From contig NC_090602.1 of assembly GCF_000497125.1 (NCBI RefSeq), positions 930,001 to 994,000 of the forward strand: 64,000 nucleotides of DNA, read 5' to 3'. Positions 25,394-37,900 of this stretch are shown in pieces. The DNA is from Spironucleus salmonicida. Its lineage: Eukaryota. Positions within the stretch are counted from its first letter, which is position 1. Each line of letters begins with the position of its first letter. Both the position numbers and the translations under genes were made by a program. Under the pieces are notes generated by a model that searched no databases, was not told where the DNA came from, and saw only the letters and a list, made by a program, of their open reading frames with translations.

Positions 25394-25879
25394 TCACTAT
25401 AAACTTTTCAGGATTTCATCATATATTTCTATTCCGAATTACTCATCATCCTCACAGAAACCAAACCTACCTATTTCCATTTACTTTTATGAAATTTCAA
25501 CTGTTTGTTCACCGTCAATATTTTTGATAGTCTGCTAAGGCAAAGTAAGAACCTTAAAAAAATCTACATTACCTTAACCATATGATACGAAATTCATAAA
25601 TACACCAGATATAAGAAAAACTAAAGATGCAGCAGTCATTGCATGGGCTGAATTTTCATCATGAATAGTTAGTGTAAAATTTTAGTTCGGATAGCGCTAG
25701 TGTATAATTTACTTATAAAGTATAGTGCAAATAAGCGATTTGGCTTTAGATTATGAGTTGATGGTTAAAAATGGAGATTTATTTGAAACGGGTTTATTTA
25801 ATATTGCATATGTGTAGGTATCTTCTGTTGATATGGTAACAGTAGAATGAGTCTATGAGTGAAAATAATTTATCTTCAT
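25394..25879 (-). CDS. RNase PH-fold exosome core subunit, Rrp46/Rrp41-like, highly reduced, 161 aa
   Basis: Open under table 6 from CCCTTTCTCAA-ATG to TAG TGA. IIHQRYPNQNFTLTIHDENSAHAMTAASLVFLISGVFM resembles the RNase PH YP…I.I…A..AA.LAL..AG..M segment. Confidence 0.6.
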
Positions 25880-26910
25880 TTGAGAAAGGGAAAGTATAAA
25901 AGTCTATAATATTATATATAATATATACCATAATTTTAATTACTATTAATCTTATATAAAGCTTTGTTGAGTCACATGATCTTATTATTAATGCATTCAT
26001 GGGTTATATAAATTTAGATTTATTCATAAATGACTCAGCATTCTAAAATTAAAATAACTAAAAATATAATAATTATAATATAATATAAATATCCAATAAT
26101 GAAGAATGATTATAAAATTATAGGAGAATAACTAATTAACTACATGAGCTTACGTCATAAGTATATAAATATTATAACCTAAATATAAAACGAACATTTG
26201 TAGCTATTATAAAATATTGTACTTATTTATCCATAACTTTAACTATTATAAAACGAACTAAAATACGAGAGCAATATATATAAACTAACATAGTTTAATA
26301 AAAAATATACTATAAATTAATCATTTTTCCATATTATTTTTTCTACGTTCCACCTACCATTTGCTTCTGCCAAAATTAATTTATAAATAAATGTAAATAG
26401 AATAACCACAATTAAAACAATTAAAACAACTTTATCCAAAAGATAAATCTAAGTATTAAAAGATAATAAATCTTCTCGTAATTTAAATTCTAATTTAAGA
26501 GAAAAGTTTCATTTAATTCAATCTGGGGTGCTAAAACTGGATAAGAAATAACTATTGAATTCGCATCTAATAAGAAATCGTTAAACTTTTGAATGACCTT
26601 TTCTATTATTTAGTGTATTTTTTGATATTTATTTATTGAGTGATGCTGAAAGAATGAACGCAGTTTAAAATCATTTTGATTTAATTAATTTTGTATGATA
26701 CTTAAAAACAATGTTATAAAAACTAAAAGACTTTAACGAATATAAACAAATGTAAATATTTCAGTTAATTAATTTTTACCAGTATGATAATAATTCTAAT
26801 ATCAATTAATTTTTAACTCAATAAGTTTAACTTAAGTAGTGATTAAGGCTATTATTATTTTCACTGAATAATAATTAATATAATAATGACTACAGTGAAA
26901 AAGTTCGATT

Positions 26911-27900
26911 TCACTTATATAGTTCAACAAAGCTTCCACTCATACCATCCAAATCCATGCTTAAGCTTATTTCTTTAGCACCAGTACCACTCCAAAGTCC
27001 TTTTATATATTTTAGAGATATTGCGAAATCAGCATAATCTTAGGCTTCATTAGCAAGTTGTTTCTTTAGTAAAATTAGTGAATCTGCAGCAGCTTACGTT
27101 TTAATCTCATCAATCAAAGCCTCTCCTTCAGATATATTTTTAATTCTTGTTTACTCGCCTAAACCTTAATATTATAGAACAGCTTTCTGCGCCTCGGATG
27201 CACATTTGGTACAATCACTAGAAGCGTCAGCTTTAATGAGTTCAGCCCGACGTTAACGTTCAGTAAGCATTCTTGTTGCCAAACTTTATAATAATGAATC
27301 ATCTGGAATAACTTCTGCAACAAAAATAGCTCTTAAGCGAACACCCCACTGAGAAAATGTTTCAGAATAACGAGAAACAGCTAGTTCAGATAAAGCTTGC
27401 TGACATAAAGTACATTCTTCAAAAGTATATTCGGAGAAAAGTTCATTAACTTATGCCTAAACAGCATTATAAATAGCCGATTAAAGGTTATCAACTTCAT
27501 AAATACAACGTCTAACATCATCTATAGATATAATTAAAAACACAGTAACCTTGACTGGAATAGCATCTTTTGTATAAACTTACATTTGTGGAAGCAATAA
27601 AACATCTTCACGTAAATCTACTATTGAGTCATAAGTTGGTATTCTAATTAGAGTATTATTATCAGAATCAGCTGATACTTTTGTCCAGGAAAATTTTCTA
27701 AATTTATCAACAAATGGTACGCGACAGTGCAGGCCTGGTTTCATAATTTTGTGAATCTATCCCATACGCTCAGAAATTGCATTACATTCCTGAGGAACAA
27801 TGACACAGCAGCATGATATGAGTTGTCCCATAATCCATGCAATAGCGATCGCGGTACCGACGACGGCGAACGGAATCCACAACCCTAGAGTATTGAGCAT
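26911..27900 (-). CDS. SPFH/band-7 (stomatin-like/QmcA-type) membrane protein, 329 aa
   Basis: N-terminal TM helix, then VIVPQE…ERMG.IHKIMKPGLH.RVPFVD, with a C-terminal A/E-rich coiled coil (…TERQRRAELIKA…); AAG TGA stop. Confidence 0.9.
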
Positions 27901-27956
27901 TTAGAAAAACGTAAGATATAATATTAATAATATAGTATAATATTTATATAGTATGT

Positions 27957-28280
27957 TCAGGTCAATTAATTGGTTTCTACAAATTACCATGATAATTATA
28001 GGTGATAACTGTCGCAAACACTTCGTATCTTGTCTCTGTTAAGCCAGCTACACTGGATTTCTCCTATGATGTCATATTTTTGTAAAATATTAAGCTAAAT
28101 TGCGATCCACGGCAGCAGCGTCTCGTCAACGATTTCCAGTTTTATGATATCCAGCTCAATCAGCTTCGCGCGCACGCCAGATATTTTTTTAAGATCCCTC
28201 AAGGCGTTTTCTGGGTTGATCGAAAAGAACTTCATCAACATTAATAGCGTTCGCACAAAAGCATTATAAACAAGGATCAT
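27957..28280 (-). CDS. Small hypothetical protein, 107 aa (94 aa if started at ATG 28241)
   Basis: Track fragment 28095-28283 reads through TAG to TGA at 27959-27957 (…KFFSINPENALRDLKKISGVRAKLIELDIIKLEIVDETLLPWIAIQLNILQKYDIIGEIQCSW…). Confidence 0.6.
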
Positions 28281-29839
28281 CACTCGCTTCCTTCCACTAA
28301 AATTTCCTCTTCCTTGGGAGCGCCGTTTTCGCCCAAAACTACCTTCAGTCCGAGCCTACCGAACCTTGTCAGCGCGTCGTCCACCTTTTCTATCGCCGTT
28401 GCGACGACGAAAACTTGATCGTTCTGCCTGGCACCGTCCAGCTCAGTCAGCAGGGCCGTCAAAAGCCGCGTGTTGCTGTCTTTGGCCTCGCGATCTCCAA
28501 AAATGGCGTCGATTCCCTCAATGACGATGACGGCCGGCGCGCGCTGCCGGGCAGCCCGGAACATCTCCCTGAGGTTCATTTCTGACTCCCCAACGTACAT
28601 TGAGAGTATCTGCTGTAGTTTGAACTGAAAAAGCGAGTAAATTTCGAGAGTAGAGAGAAAATTCGTAATCAAAGTCGTTTTTCCGGACCCAGAAGCGCCC
28701 ATAATTAGTACGTTTTGGGGAACGAAGTCGTACTTTTTAGCAATTTCTGGAAATTTAACAAAAGGAGTGAAATTGTGAATTAGATTTGCAATTTCAGTTT
28801 GGTGCCATTTAGTCTCAAATTTGACCCTCGGCTCAAACTACTCGAGACCGGTCTGAGCATGCTTTACCTGTCTTACCGCGTCCAAAACGCTCCTGTTCAA
28901 CAAAAAAATTTAACAAACTCGTTCTAGTTCGCCCTTTGTATAATTTACAGTTCTATTTGAGATTTCAATTTGATTTTGATTTTCCACTCCACAAAGTTAG
29001 CAAATATAAATTCTTTCGCTTAAAGTGAGTTGATTTTTCAAAATTTCGCTTCCAAAGCGGCCGTTTCTTCGCAGCGCGGCATCAAGTTTATTAGCATTTT
29101 CGCAAATACAGACTGCATAAAAGGGGTTGGCTGCATGCAGAAATTTTAGTAATTTTGTCGTGTTTTAGAGTTGTGTTTCAGTTGCAAACTCGCTTCGCTA
29201 CGGCGTCAGATTTTCGAGATTTTTGAAAATAAGAATTCCATTAAAATTTGTATATTAATTTATATTATCAATGCTATTAACAAATTTATAGTTCAAATTC
29301 ATAGACTTTGCCAGATCGAGAACGAGCGTTGTACGGCCTGAATTGTTGGGACCTGAAATTATTATATTTGATTTAATATGAATTTGTAGCTACTTCAAAA
29401 TTTCTGGGTTTAGAGAAGGTTAATCTCGGAAATATGGTATTTTCTCTGGTAATTTGATTACAAACTCTTGTAAATAGTGAATGGTACTGGTATTCGTATT
29501 AATAGTTGTATTAAGTATATTAATAGAGGCATTTGGAGCGATTGGCATATATAATAAAAGGTTTTCTAAATGGGACGACATAATGGGTGAAAATACAGTA
29601 ATCGAGTCGTTACTTTATATTTTATTGAGTTTTTGTGCTTAGAAAGATTCATAGCTTATTAGCTTGTGGTTAGATTCCAACTAATATTGTAGTTATATAG
29701 TTTGTCCAAAGCTAGCACAAAAATATAGGGGTGATTTTATAACCGAAACTAAATAATGTTTTTAATCATTGAATATCTACACGATGTCATTCTACTGAAA
29801 ATTTTTATCTGTGATTGGTATAGTTAAGAAATAGTTCAT
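28280..29839 (-). CDS. Two-AAA-domain CDC48/AFG2(SPATA5)-family protein with degenerate catalytic motifs, 519 aa
   Basis: D1: ISGPNNSGRTT…KLDAALRRNGRF. D2: MGASGSGKTT…SMYVGESEMNLREMFRAARQRAPAVIVIEGIDAI…LLTELDG…VDDALTRFGRL. ATG at 29839 with a C-rich leader; GAG TGA stop. Confidence 0.85.
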
Positions 29840-29878
29840 TTAAAGTGGAGTATCAATATATAATTATATTATAAATAC

Positions 29879-30190
29879 TCATATGATAAGACTTTTAGAC
29901 ATAAAAACCATTTTCTCTCCACCTCTTGGCTTGTAAAATGAACGCCCATAGTCTATCTGTGATAACTTACCTTCAAAATTGATAGTAGTTGTTGATAATG
30001 AAGTTTAATGTTTGTTCTATAGCTTTTACTTTCTAACAAATGTTTATTAAGGAAGTTGGACAAACGTAAGCGCAAGCTTGTTCTATAAAGTATTTTCATA
30101 TATTGGAGGTGGACAGTAAAGTTTCTAAAGAGATTTAGGAGCAAAAAATAGAACATCGGTATTATTTATGTTGAAACTTTATTTCCGCAT
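29879..30190 (-). CDS. Small hypothetical protein, 103 aa
   Basis: Open ATG-to-TGA frame (MRKQSFNINNTDVLFFAPKSLQKLYCPPPIYE…), divergent from the 30264 gene. The antisense + frame 29883-30233 is also open, so strand is uncertain. Confidence 0.4.
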
Positions 30191-30263
30191 TATAAAAAGA
30201 TTTTAAGGACATAATATTACTACTAACTATTGATAATTTTCCATCTCAAAAAATGAATATTAA

Positions 30264-30857
30264 ATGGAAATCGAAGGGAGTAGTTAGTAATACGATATTA
30301 ATCCAGCAGGCTTTAAAATATCACATTTTTTGCCTACTTCGGTAGATGCATCCGGCATTGGTACTGTTCCACTCAAAATGACTCCCCCGAAATAACATTG
30401 TATAAATGTTAATGTATTTGATAATTATGATTATGAAAAATCTTTTTAAGCATCTGCAATTTTAAATGAATATGATTTTGAATCCCGAGCATCAGCAACA
30501 TAAATTATGGTTTAAGAAGAACGGTATAAAAATTATATTTATGGTGATGCAGATTATTTTATTCAATGGGAGAAGATTGTTAAGAAAGAATATACTAAAT
30601 TACTTTTAGAGAAAGGACCTCCACATAATTCCTATGATGGTGCAACTGGATTACCACTTATTAGTATTTATAATAGAGAGTTAAGTTAAACCGGCAAGCA
30701 CTATCGGAGACATAGTATGGCATATCCACCACATAGAATAAATCATTTTTTATCTCATCCAGAGATTATTGAAAAGCAGCAGTAAGTAAGAAGATCAAGT
30801 TTGACGCTTCAAAATTGTACTCATTGTGAATTAACAGATTTACTATCAAGCGAATGA
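30264..30857 (+). CDS. Hypothetical protein, 197 aa
   Basis: Open under table 6 (MEIEGSSQQYDINPAGFKISHFLPTSVDASGIG…LLSSE-TGA). Confidence 0.7.
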
Positions 30858-31340
30858 TGTTATTTTATTGGAGATTTAGTTTAATCTGTTTATTTTAGTT
30901 TTATTATCATAAATATTCATTCAATATGAAACATTCTGTAAATAATTATAATATTTAGAGTAATATTTTTCATATTATTTATATAATTTTATGGCTAGTT
31001 TTTAAATTAATCTTTATTAAATATTAAAGTTATGATTTAATAATTTTGATAGAGAATTATTTAATTAAATTCAATTGCTGAGTATCTTTAATTTTCATTT
31101 AGTTTTAATGTGAATTAGATTTATACTTTACTGATACAATTGTAAACATTAAAATAAAGAATATTTTATAGTTTACGACAAAATTTGAAATTTGGTAGGT
31201 TACTTCAAATTAAAGTGAATATAACTATACATTCCGCAAACATATTATACAATCATTAGATTTCGATAATTATCAATAAAATTATTATTATTATTTAAAT
31301 AAAATAATATAAAATAAGTCATAGAAAACTAAATAACTTT

Positions 31341-34300
31341 TCACTAGCACACTTATTCTATAATATAATTTATATCTAGTGGTTCTTCTTATTCAATCTC
31401 TATCAACTATGGTAAAGGTGCATCTAAATTACGTTAAAACAGATCTCCAAAATCATTTAACTTATAATGCGAAACTAACTTATTTTAATTTCCGGGAGAA
31501 ATAAGAACGTGATTAATGCTATGTATCAAAAATTTACCACTGCCCAATTATAGCTTTTAATTTACTTAAACACTTTTCTTATTATTCAAAAATATATTAG
31601 CTCTTGCATGAAATTCTAGATTTTGTGGTATCATTTTATTTGGTTTTTAGCATATAATACTAATTATAGCAAATGGGTTAAAGGCTTTATTATTTAGAGT
31701 TACAAATAATTTATCATTTAGTTTAACAGCATGATAATCTTATTAAAATAAAACCTACGTGTATGGGATATAATTAAATATAAATTTTTTATTTGTATCA
31801 ATAGTGAATATTTTAACTTTTTATGATGTCAATTTATGAATATTAGTTAGTTTTTCAAAAATAGATTTTTCGTCTATGGTTTATTCTGATTAATTACTGA
31901 CTATAGAATCTTTAATTAAATTAATTGGTTATTCACTTAATTTTAATATTAAAAAGAAAAATATTAATAATAGAATAACAGCACATAATGAGTAAATTTC
32001 ATCTATTTCTAATCCATACATTAATTGTTGGTTAAAATTAACAGAAACATTTTGGATTATATTCCTTTAGTCAGGATTTCTATAAGTATAATTATAGTAT
32101 AATTACACTGTTGATGAAATATTTAAGACAAAATTATTTATTTCAGTAAATTTACCATAGTTATAATGATTAATCTATCCAAGTATAAAACTTCTATTTA
32201 AAATGCTAAGCTAGTCAAACGTAACTATAAAACTATCTTTCACGCGACATACAAATAATTCAGAGTTTATTGTTAAATTGTTACCTAAGACTCCAAAACA
32301 TGTTATATTATATAAAGTTGTATTCTAAGTTTATGTTATAAACGTGGATACATTGGGATTATTTTCAATAGAAAACTTTTCATTTATTGATAATTAGCCA
32401 AATTGTTATCTTATTGAATAGTTTGTCGTATAAACTGCTAAAAATCCTATATCTAATAATGATTAAAGTATTACATCAACATTTAATTGACTATCATAAA
32501 CAATAGGTTGACAATAATAATCAAATATATAATAATTTTTTAACTTTTTATTTTGGAAAAATTTATCGCTAATAATATTACCTATAATACCTATAGAGCC
32601 TACTTCAACTGGTCTATTTGTAATATCTAAAGAATTTGAGTAAATAGGGGTTATGAAAATATTTTAAGTACGAGTTATATTTATTTATTATACATTTTTA
32701 TAGGAATTGAGTAGTAAATTGAAATTTTTATGAAGAAATTCTGTTGTCATTGTTAAATTATTGTAAAACATAAATGAGTTTTAATTAATACCAACATATA
32801 TATTTTAGATTTATTCTATTTTATAATAGCTGTTTTATATATCATTATCTAACCATATATTTTTAAAATAATCAGTTTATAAATGTCGATTTTTATATAA
32901 AAGGAATTCTTATTTTTACACCGAATTACCATGAATATATAAATAAATTTTAAGCTAATATATAATTTAATTAATAGACTAAAGTAACATATCTGCAATT
33001 ATAGGTGAGAATATTTAATTTTTAGTCGATAAATTAAATTGTTAAAGATTTAGTAAAGATTATGAATCTAGAATTAATTTTTCGGGATAAATAGTCATTT
33101 CTGGATATTGGCGTATGAAATAATCAATTGTATTCATTTTTTAGCAAAAAAATTAAGATTCTGACATATAAGACTTATCAGCATCTAAAATGTTAACTTT
33201 TACATATTTATTTAATATTTACTATGCTGCTTTCACTTCTAAATTCATTATATATTCAAGAGATTAAAGTATTTCGTTCTTAAATTGTGTAATATCTCCA
33301 AATTCAGATAGCATTTATAATGAATTATTAATTAAAGGGTAATAAAATCCTAAATTTTTTAAAAATCCTTAATTTTATATATTTTTTAATGAATCCATTT
33401 CAAATTTCAAATTTTATTCAAGCAAAGAAGAGTTAGGAAAAATCGATATAGGTGAAATTATTGTCTTTGGTTCATTATCTGGGAATTTTTCATTAACAAA
33501 ATGCTAGGAAAATTAGGTATTAGGAGTTGTAAACGCTGAACATTAATTCCGCAATAATGTTTTCAACTATCCTAGCTAAACTTAAACATTAAATCCATCA
33601 GTAAGATTTTAGTATACATAATATCCTGCCTATTTACGTAAAAATCCATTTGTACTTGTAATTGGCATTGGAATTTCGCTTTAATCAAGTATATATTCTA
33701 AAAATAGATTTGCATTACGAAATCGTTTAGTGGGGAAAGGTAATATTTAACTATACTATCTGTTTTAAATGACTGTATCTTTGTACTGATTTTCTTACGA
33801 AATGAGTATGTAATTAATAAGCTGAAAATCAAAACTGATAACAACACCAGTTTAGTCGTCTGATATACAGTTTAGGTTAAAATCAGCAGGTTAAGCCAAA
33901 TTAAATAGTAATCCAACATATTTGAAATCATTATATACTGCTTGACCTACAATTATTTATTCATCCTTGAATCTCATCATAATACTTGTATCGTAATTTT
34001 ACTCTAAAAAGACTCGAATCGCTTAACTAATACAGACATTTCTATAGTTTTGAGAAATTTGACAGAAGTAAGTAAAGTCGGCAGATAAGTACCGAAAATC
34101 AGATTATTTTATTCTCTCTGTCGACCAATAAAAAATATTATAATTCGGAAACTATTTCCCTTTAATTTGTTATCGTTACTAATAGAAAATGAAAAATTAT
34201 ATAAAGACTTCATTTTTATAAAACAAATATTAACTTTCTGATACTTATCTAACTTAATTATATATAACATCGAGTTCTTAAATATTAAATGATTCTTGTG

Positions 34301-34835
34301 GCTATGATATTAGGTTATGATTAATTATATTAGCTAACATTGTATATTCATAATGTGTTCCATTCCATAACCATATTCTATCAAAAAGCGTAGCTGTCTG
34401 AATAATGAGTTCACTTATATAATTATAGTCAATACCTAAATTGATAATTATAATATCTCTTGAAATAGACTACATTTATGCAGCAGACGTAAAAGACGAT
34501 AAATTTATAGGAACATCACCTTCTTGTATAAAGTTATCAAATTTAATAGATTAGATAAATTATTAAATATTCTCAAACTATATTTGCATATTCTTTTTTA
34601 TATCAAATGATGGATTTTTAAGGTATGATGATGGGAAGTTAGCTGGAATAGTATTTTTCTAATCAAAATATTCAGGTTAAATGAAAACTGGTGGATCATA
34701 ATATAGTGACTATGACTCGAGATATTCCACTTTATTTTTAAAATCACTTTAGTAACTATCGAGTGTACTTTAGTATTAATTAGTTATTTATATCAATTCA
34801 GTTAAATTAACTGTTACCATCAACATCGAAATCAT
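31341..34835 (-). CDS. Type I membrane protein, tentatively alpha2delta/CACHD1-like (VWA-like plus Cache-like segments), 1164 aa
   Basis: Short hydrophobic N-terminus; SRDIIIINLG (VWA-like strand); IIVGQAVYNDFKYVGLLFNL and GYYVYQNLTDGFNVQV (Cache-like); TM helix …SLCAVILLLIFSFLIL at ~31950-32000; TAG TGA stop. The ORF is firm; the domain call is tentative. Confidence 0.6.
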
Positions 34836-34901
34836 TCTCAAAAGAGATATAAATATTAATATATATAATAATGTCATCCATTTCTTTTTCCATTCCGAAC
34901 A
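34836..34901. promoter_or_regulatory. 66-bp bidirectional promoter
   Basis: Divergent ATGs at 34835 (-) and 34902 (+); TATAAATATTAATATATATAA core with pyrimidine-rich TTTCTTTTTCCATTCC before the + ATG. Confidence 0.6.
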
Positions 34902-37900
34902 ATGTCAACCTAACTAACTACTCAATTAAAAGGCCTCCAATAGGAAAAAATTGAAAGAACAGGAGATGGTATTCGTAAATAAACAACCTCTATACTCTTT
35001 GGTAACAATGCTAAGCAATTTACTATGTAGTAAATTCACGAGATTTCACTTGTAGCTTTTAATGAATTGATAATCCTCAACAACCAGTTTTAACGTTTTT
35101 CTGAACTGTTTTAATAGGATTCTATTTCATATGACAGAGAAATTCACGATCCTAAAGATAATGACCTTTTAGACAAATAAATTGACTAATTTTTGTAAAA
35201 GCTAGCTGGCTACTTCGCATATCCAGCGGCTGTTAAATCCCTTGAATTCCTACTGCGACGATTTCGTATTGATTTGCATCATAAAAGTCAGCTCATTACT
35301 TATTTCTTACCATATCATGAAATTCAGTCGTATTAGCTTCTTCTCTAGACGCTTAATCCTGAAGATTTAGACGTTAACGCATTTCCCTGCTCACGATCGC
35401 AGTTGTCAAACTATTTCCTGAAGCAAAATTCATTGAATTTTGGGAAGCAAATATCCACCGCAAAAATAATGAAACAACAGTCACTTGTGATTCACTAAAA
35501 GTTTATTTGCGTTTTAGCTCTTGAAATTTACGGTAAAATATAAAATTCATAAAATCTCACTGAGTTCGTCAGAAAATCATTTGACTACGTCTTTGATGAG
35601 CTCAAACTTGACAACAATAATGACGTAACGTCGTGGTTGCTCAGCGTTTCTGTGTTATTTTCAAAGTAGCCAATTTAAGAAAAATTCGCAAATAGTCTTG
35701 TTTATCGCATCCTCAACTTGTAGAATATAAGCTTAGTAACCATTATAAAATCTATAATTATCATAGTTAAAAATCAAGAATTACCTTTAAATTTGGAGTT
35801 GAGCGAAGCAATTTTAATGAAATTATTAGAATTAAATTTAGCTGAAATAATCAATATTGACCTCCTTCTTACACGCACTGTTTAGACTCTTCTGTCACAC
35901 TAATTAACAGTCAAAAGTATCAATTTAAATTCGGTTTTGCTCAGAAAAATTTATGAAAAATCAATTTCCGAAAAAGCTGAACTGCCAAATTTCGCTATTT
36001 CGCTGACTCGTTAATTACTGTTTTTTGCTGAAAATCAGCCATAAATCAAATTATTTTTACAAACTATTGAGATCACTAATCCTTTAGCGTTTGCCACAGG
36101 TTTTTCTGGATTTGCATAATCTGGTGGCGCTTTGGGATCAGTTTCTGATATAATCTAAAATGCCGCATTAGTTATTTTACAATAAAAAACTGGAGAATTC
36201 TCATTAGCTCAAGCTATTTAACACTAGGATCAAACTATCCGCTTTTCGGCGTATAATTCCATCCTTTAAATAATTGAAAAAGAGGATTTGTCTACCTAAA
36301 AGTCACTTCTACGTGTTATTTTATGTAATTTGCCTTTAGAAAGCGAGTTTAATGTCATTTTGAAGCAACTTGAAATTTGTAATTTGGTTAAAGATGCAGA
36401 GATTTTGGCCGAATAAAAATCTATAGAAGCGATTGTTTAAACTTTCAGAAGAATTGTGAAAACGCCTTCTCCGTTTATGTTAGAGACATCAAATGCGTTA
36501 GTTTCACTTATTTCGGGTGCATAAAGCTCTGATTATTAATAAATTAAGAATTATGTGAGTCTTTTGAACGTTTTAACTAATGGGACCGATGCAGTTAATC
36601 TGACAAAGTTTGTTCATGATAATATATAGTTTTCCTTATTTCCATTTGAAAATGAAAATGACTTCATGGAATGTGTTAAATAGCAATTTTTCAGCAGTAA
36701 TATTTTATTAGTTGTTCTTATTGTTTGGATTTAAGGTAGAGAAAATTTAATAAATGGTTAGATAATCGAATAAATTAACAGATACGGTTTATTCAAAGAA
36801 ATATTTATTGGATAATTGCACAATATTATGGATGATAATGTCATTATGCGTATAATTCCTTAATTAAAAGGCGAGGTTCTATTGTAATATCTAAAGAATG
36901 TATATGATTTACATGGCTTTTTAAAATTATTTAAAATAATTGAATAAAATAACAGCGTGTCATCCTAATCTGTTTATTCAGATATTTTGAAATATATTTT
37001 AGTTTCTATCAAAGAAGATTAAGATGTTGTTTTGGTATTTTTCCTTTATATGTTCTCTACAACGAACTAAGTATAAGAGATTATACTTCAACTTCAAACT
37101 TGTCAGTTTAGTGCTATCAAATCTCTTGCCTCAAATTCAATTACTGAAATAGTGTAGATCATGCCTGAACTTCTCCCTAGACTAAATAACTAAGAACCTA
37201 TAATCATAAATGCATTTTGTTCATTTATTTTTTCAAAATTAAATGATTTTAAAGATGATTAAGAGAATGCAACTGTTTTAATTGATTTCTTAACTTTTTT
37301 GGTCTGTGAAACAACAACAGATAATTTCAAAGAAATCGCGCAACTTTATTTTGAAAAAATATTAAATAATCATAACTATCACGATATAGGACTTTATGAA
37401 ATTGCATACCACAATCTTTGCCTTATTGACGATTAAATTAAATAAGAGCTTCCTATCTCGTTATAACAATTGAACCTATGTATTACTATTATTATATAGG
37501 TTAATAACCAATAATTTTAGGAAATACCATACGTTATGTGGATCCTTTCTGCTCCGTCAGAATTTTCTGAAATTATTTAGAATAATAAAGAACTACTTAT
37601 TTTAACATAGGCACCTAAACTTACATATGTAGTTAATACATTATTACTATAGGCTCCCATTTCGTGTAAACTTGAGTAAACAATAATCTAGTCAAATCCT
37701 ATTGCTTTTATATAAATTCTATTGTTGCACAACGGTATAATTGAGGATATTTATGAGCTTATCAGTTTAATTATTACAGTTCTTGAAAATTCTTCTGATA
37801 ACGAAATTACTATCAATTATTGTATCAAACTTCTTATAAAGTATCAAGTATCAGAATAAATCGAGCTTTCTATAGATTAGGCTAACATAATATTTTAACA

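Noticed and set aside
26280-26850. Possible gene or pseudogene between the RNase PH-like and SPFH genes
   Set aside because: Short + frames and an open - frame without a convincing start; under table 6, AT-rich DNA gives long open frames by chance.
29883-30857. Single + strand gene with in-frame TGA at 30231 (selenocysteine or readthrough)
   Set aside because: The TGA sits in an AT-rich promoter-like gap with no redox motif or evident SECIS; a minus-strand ORF plus a separate ATG at 30264 explains it more simply.
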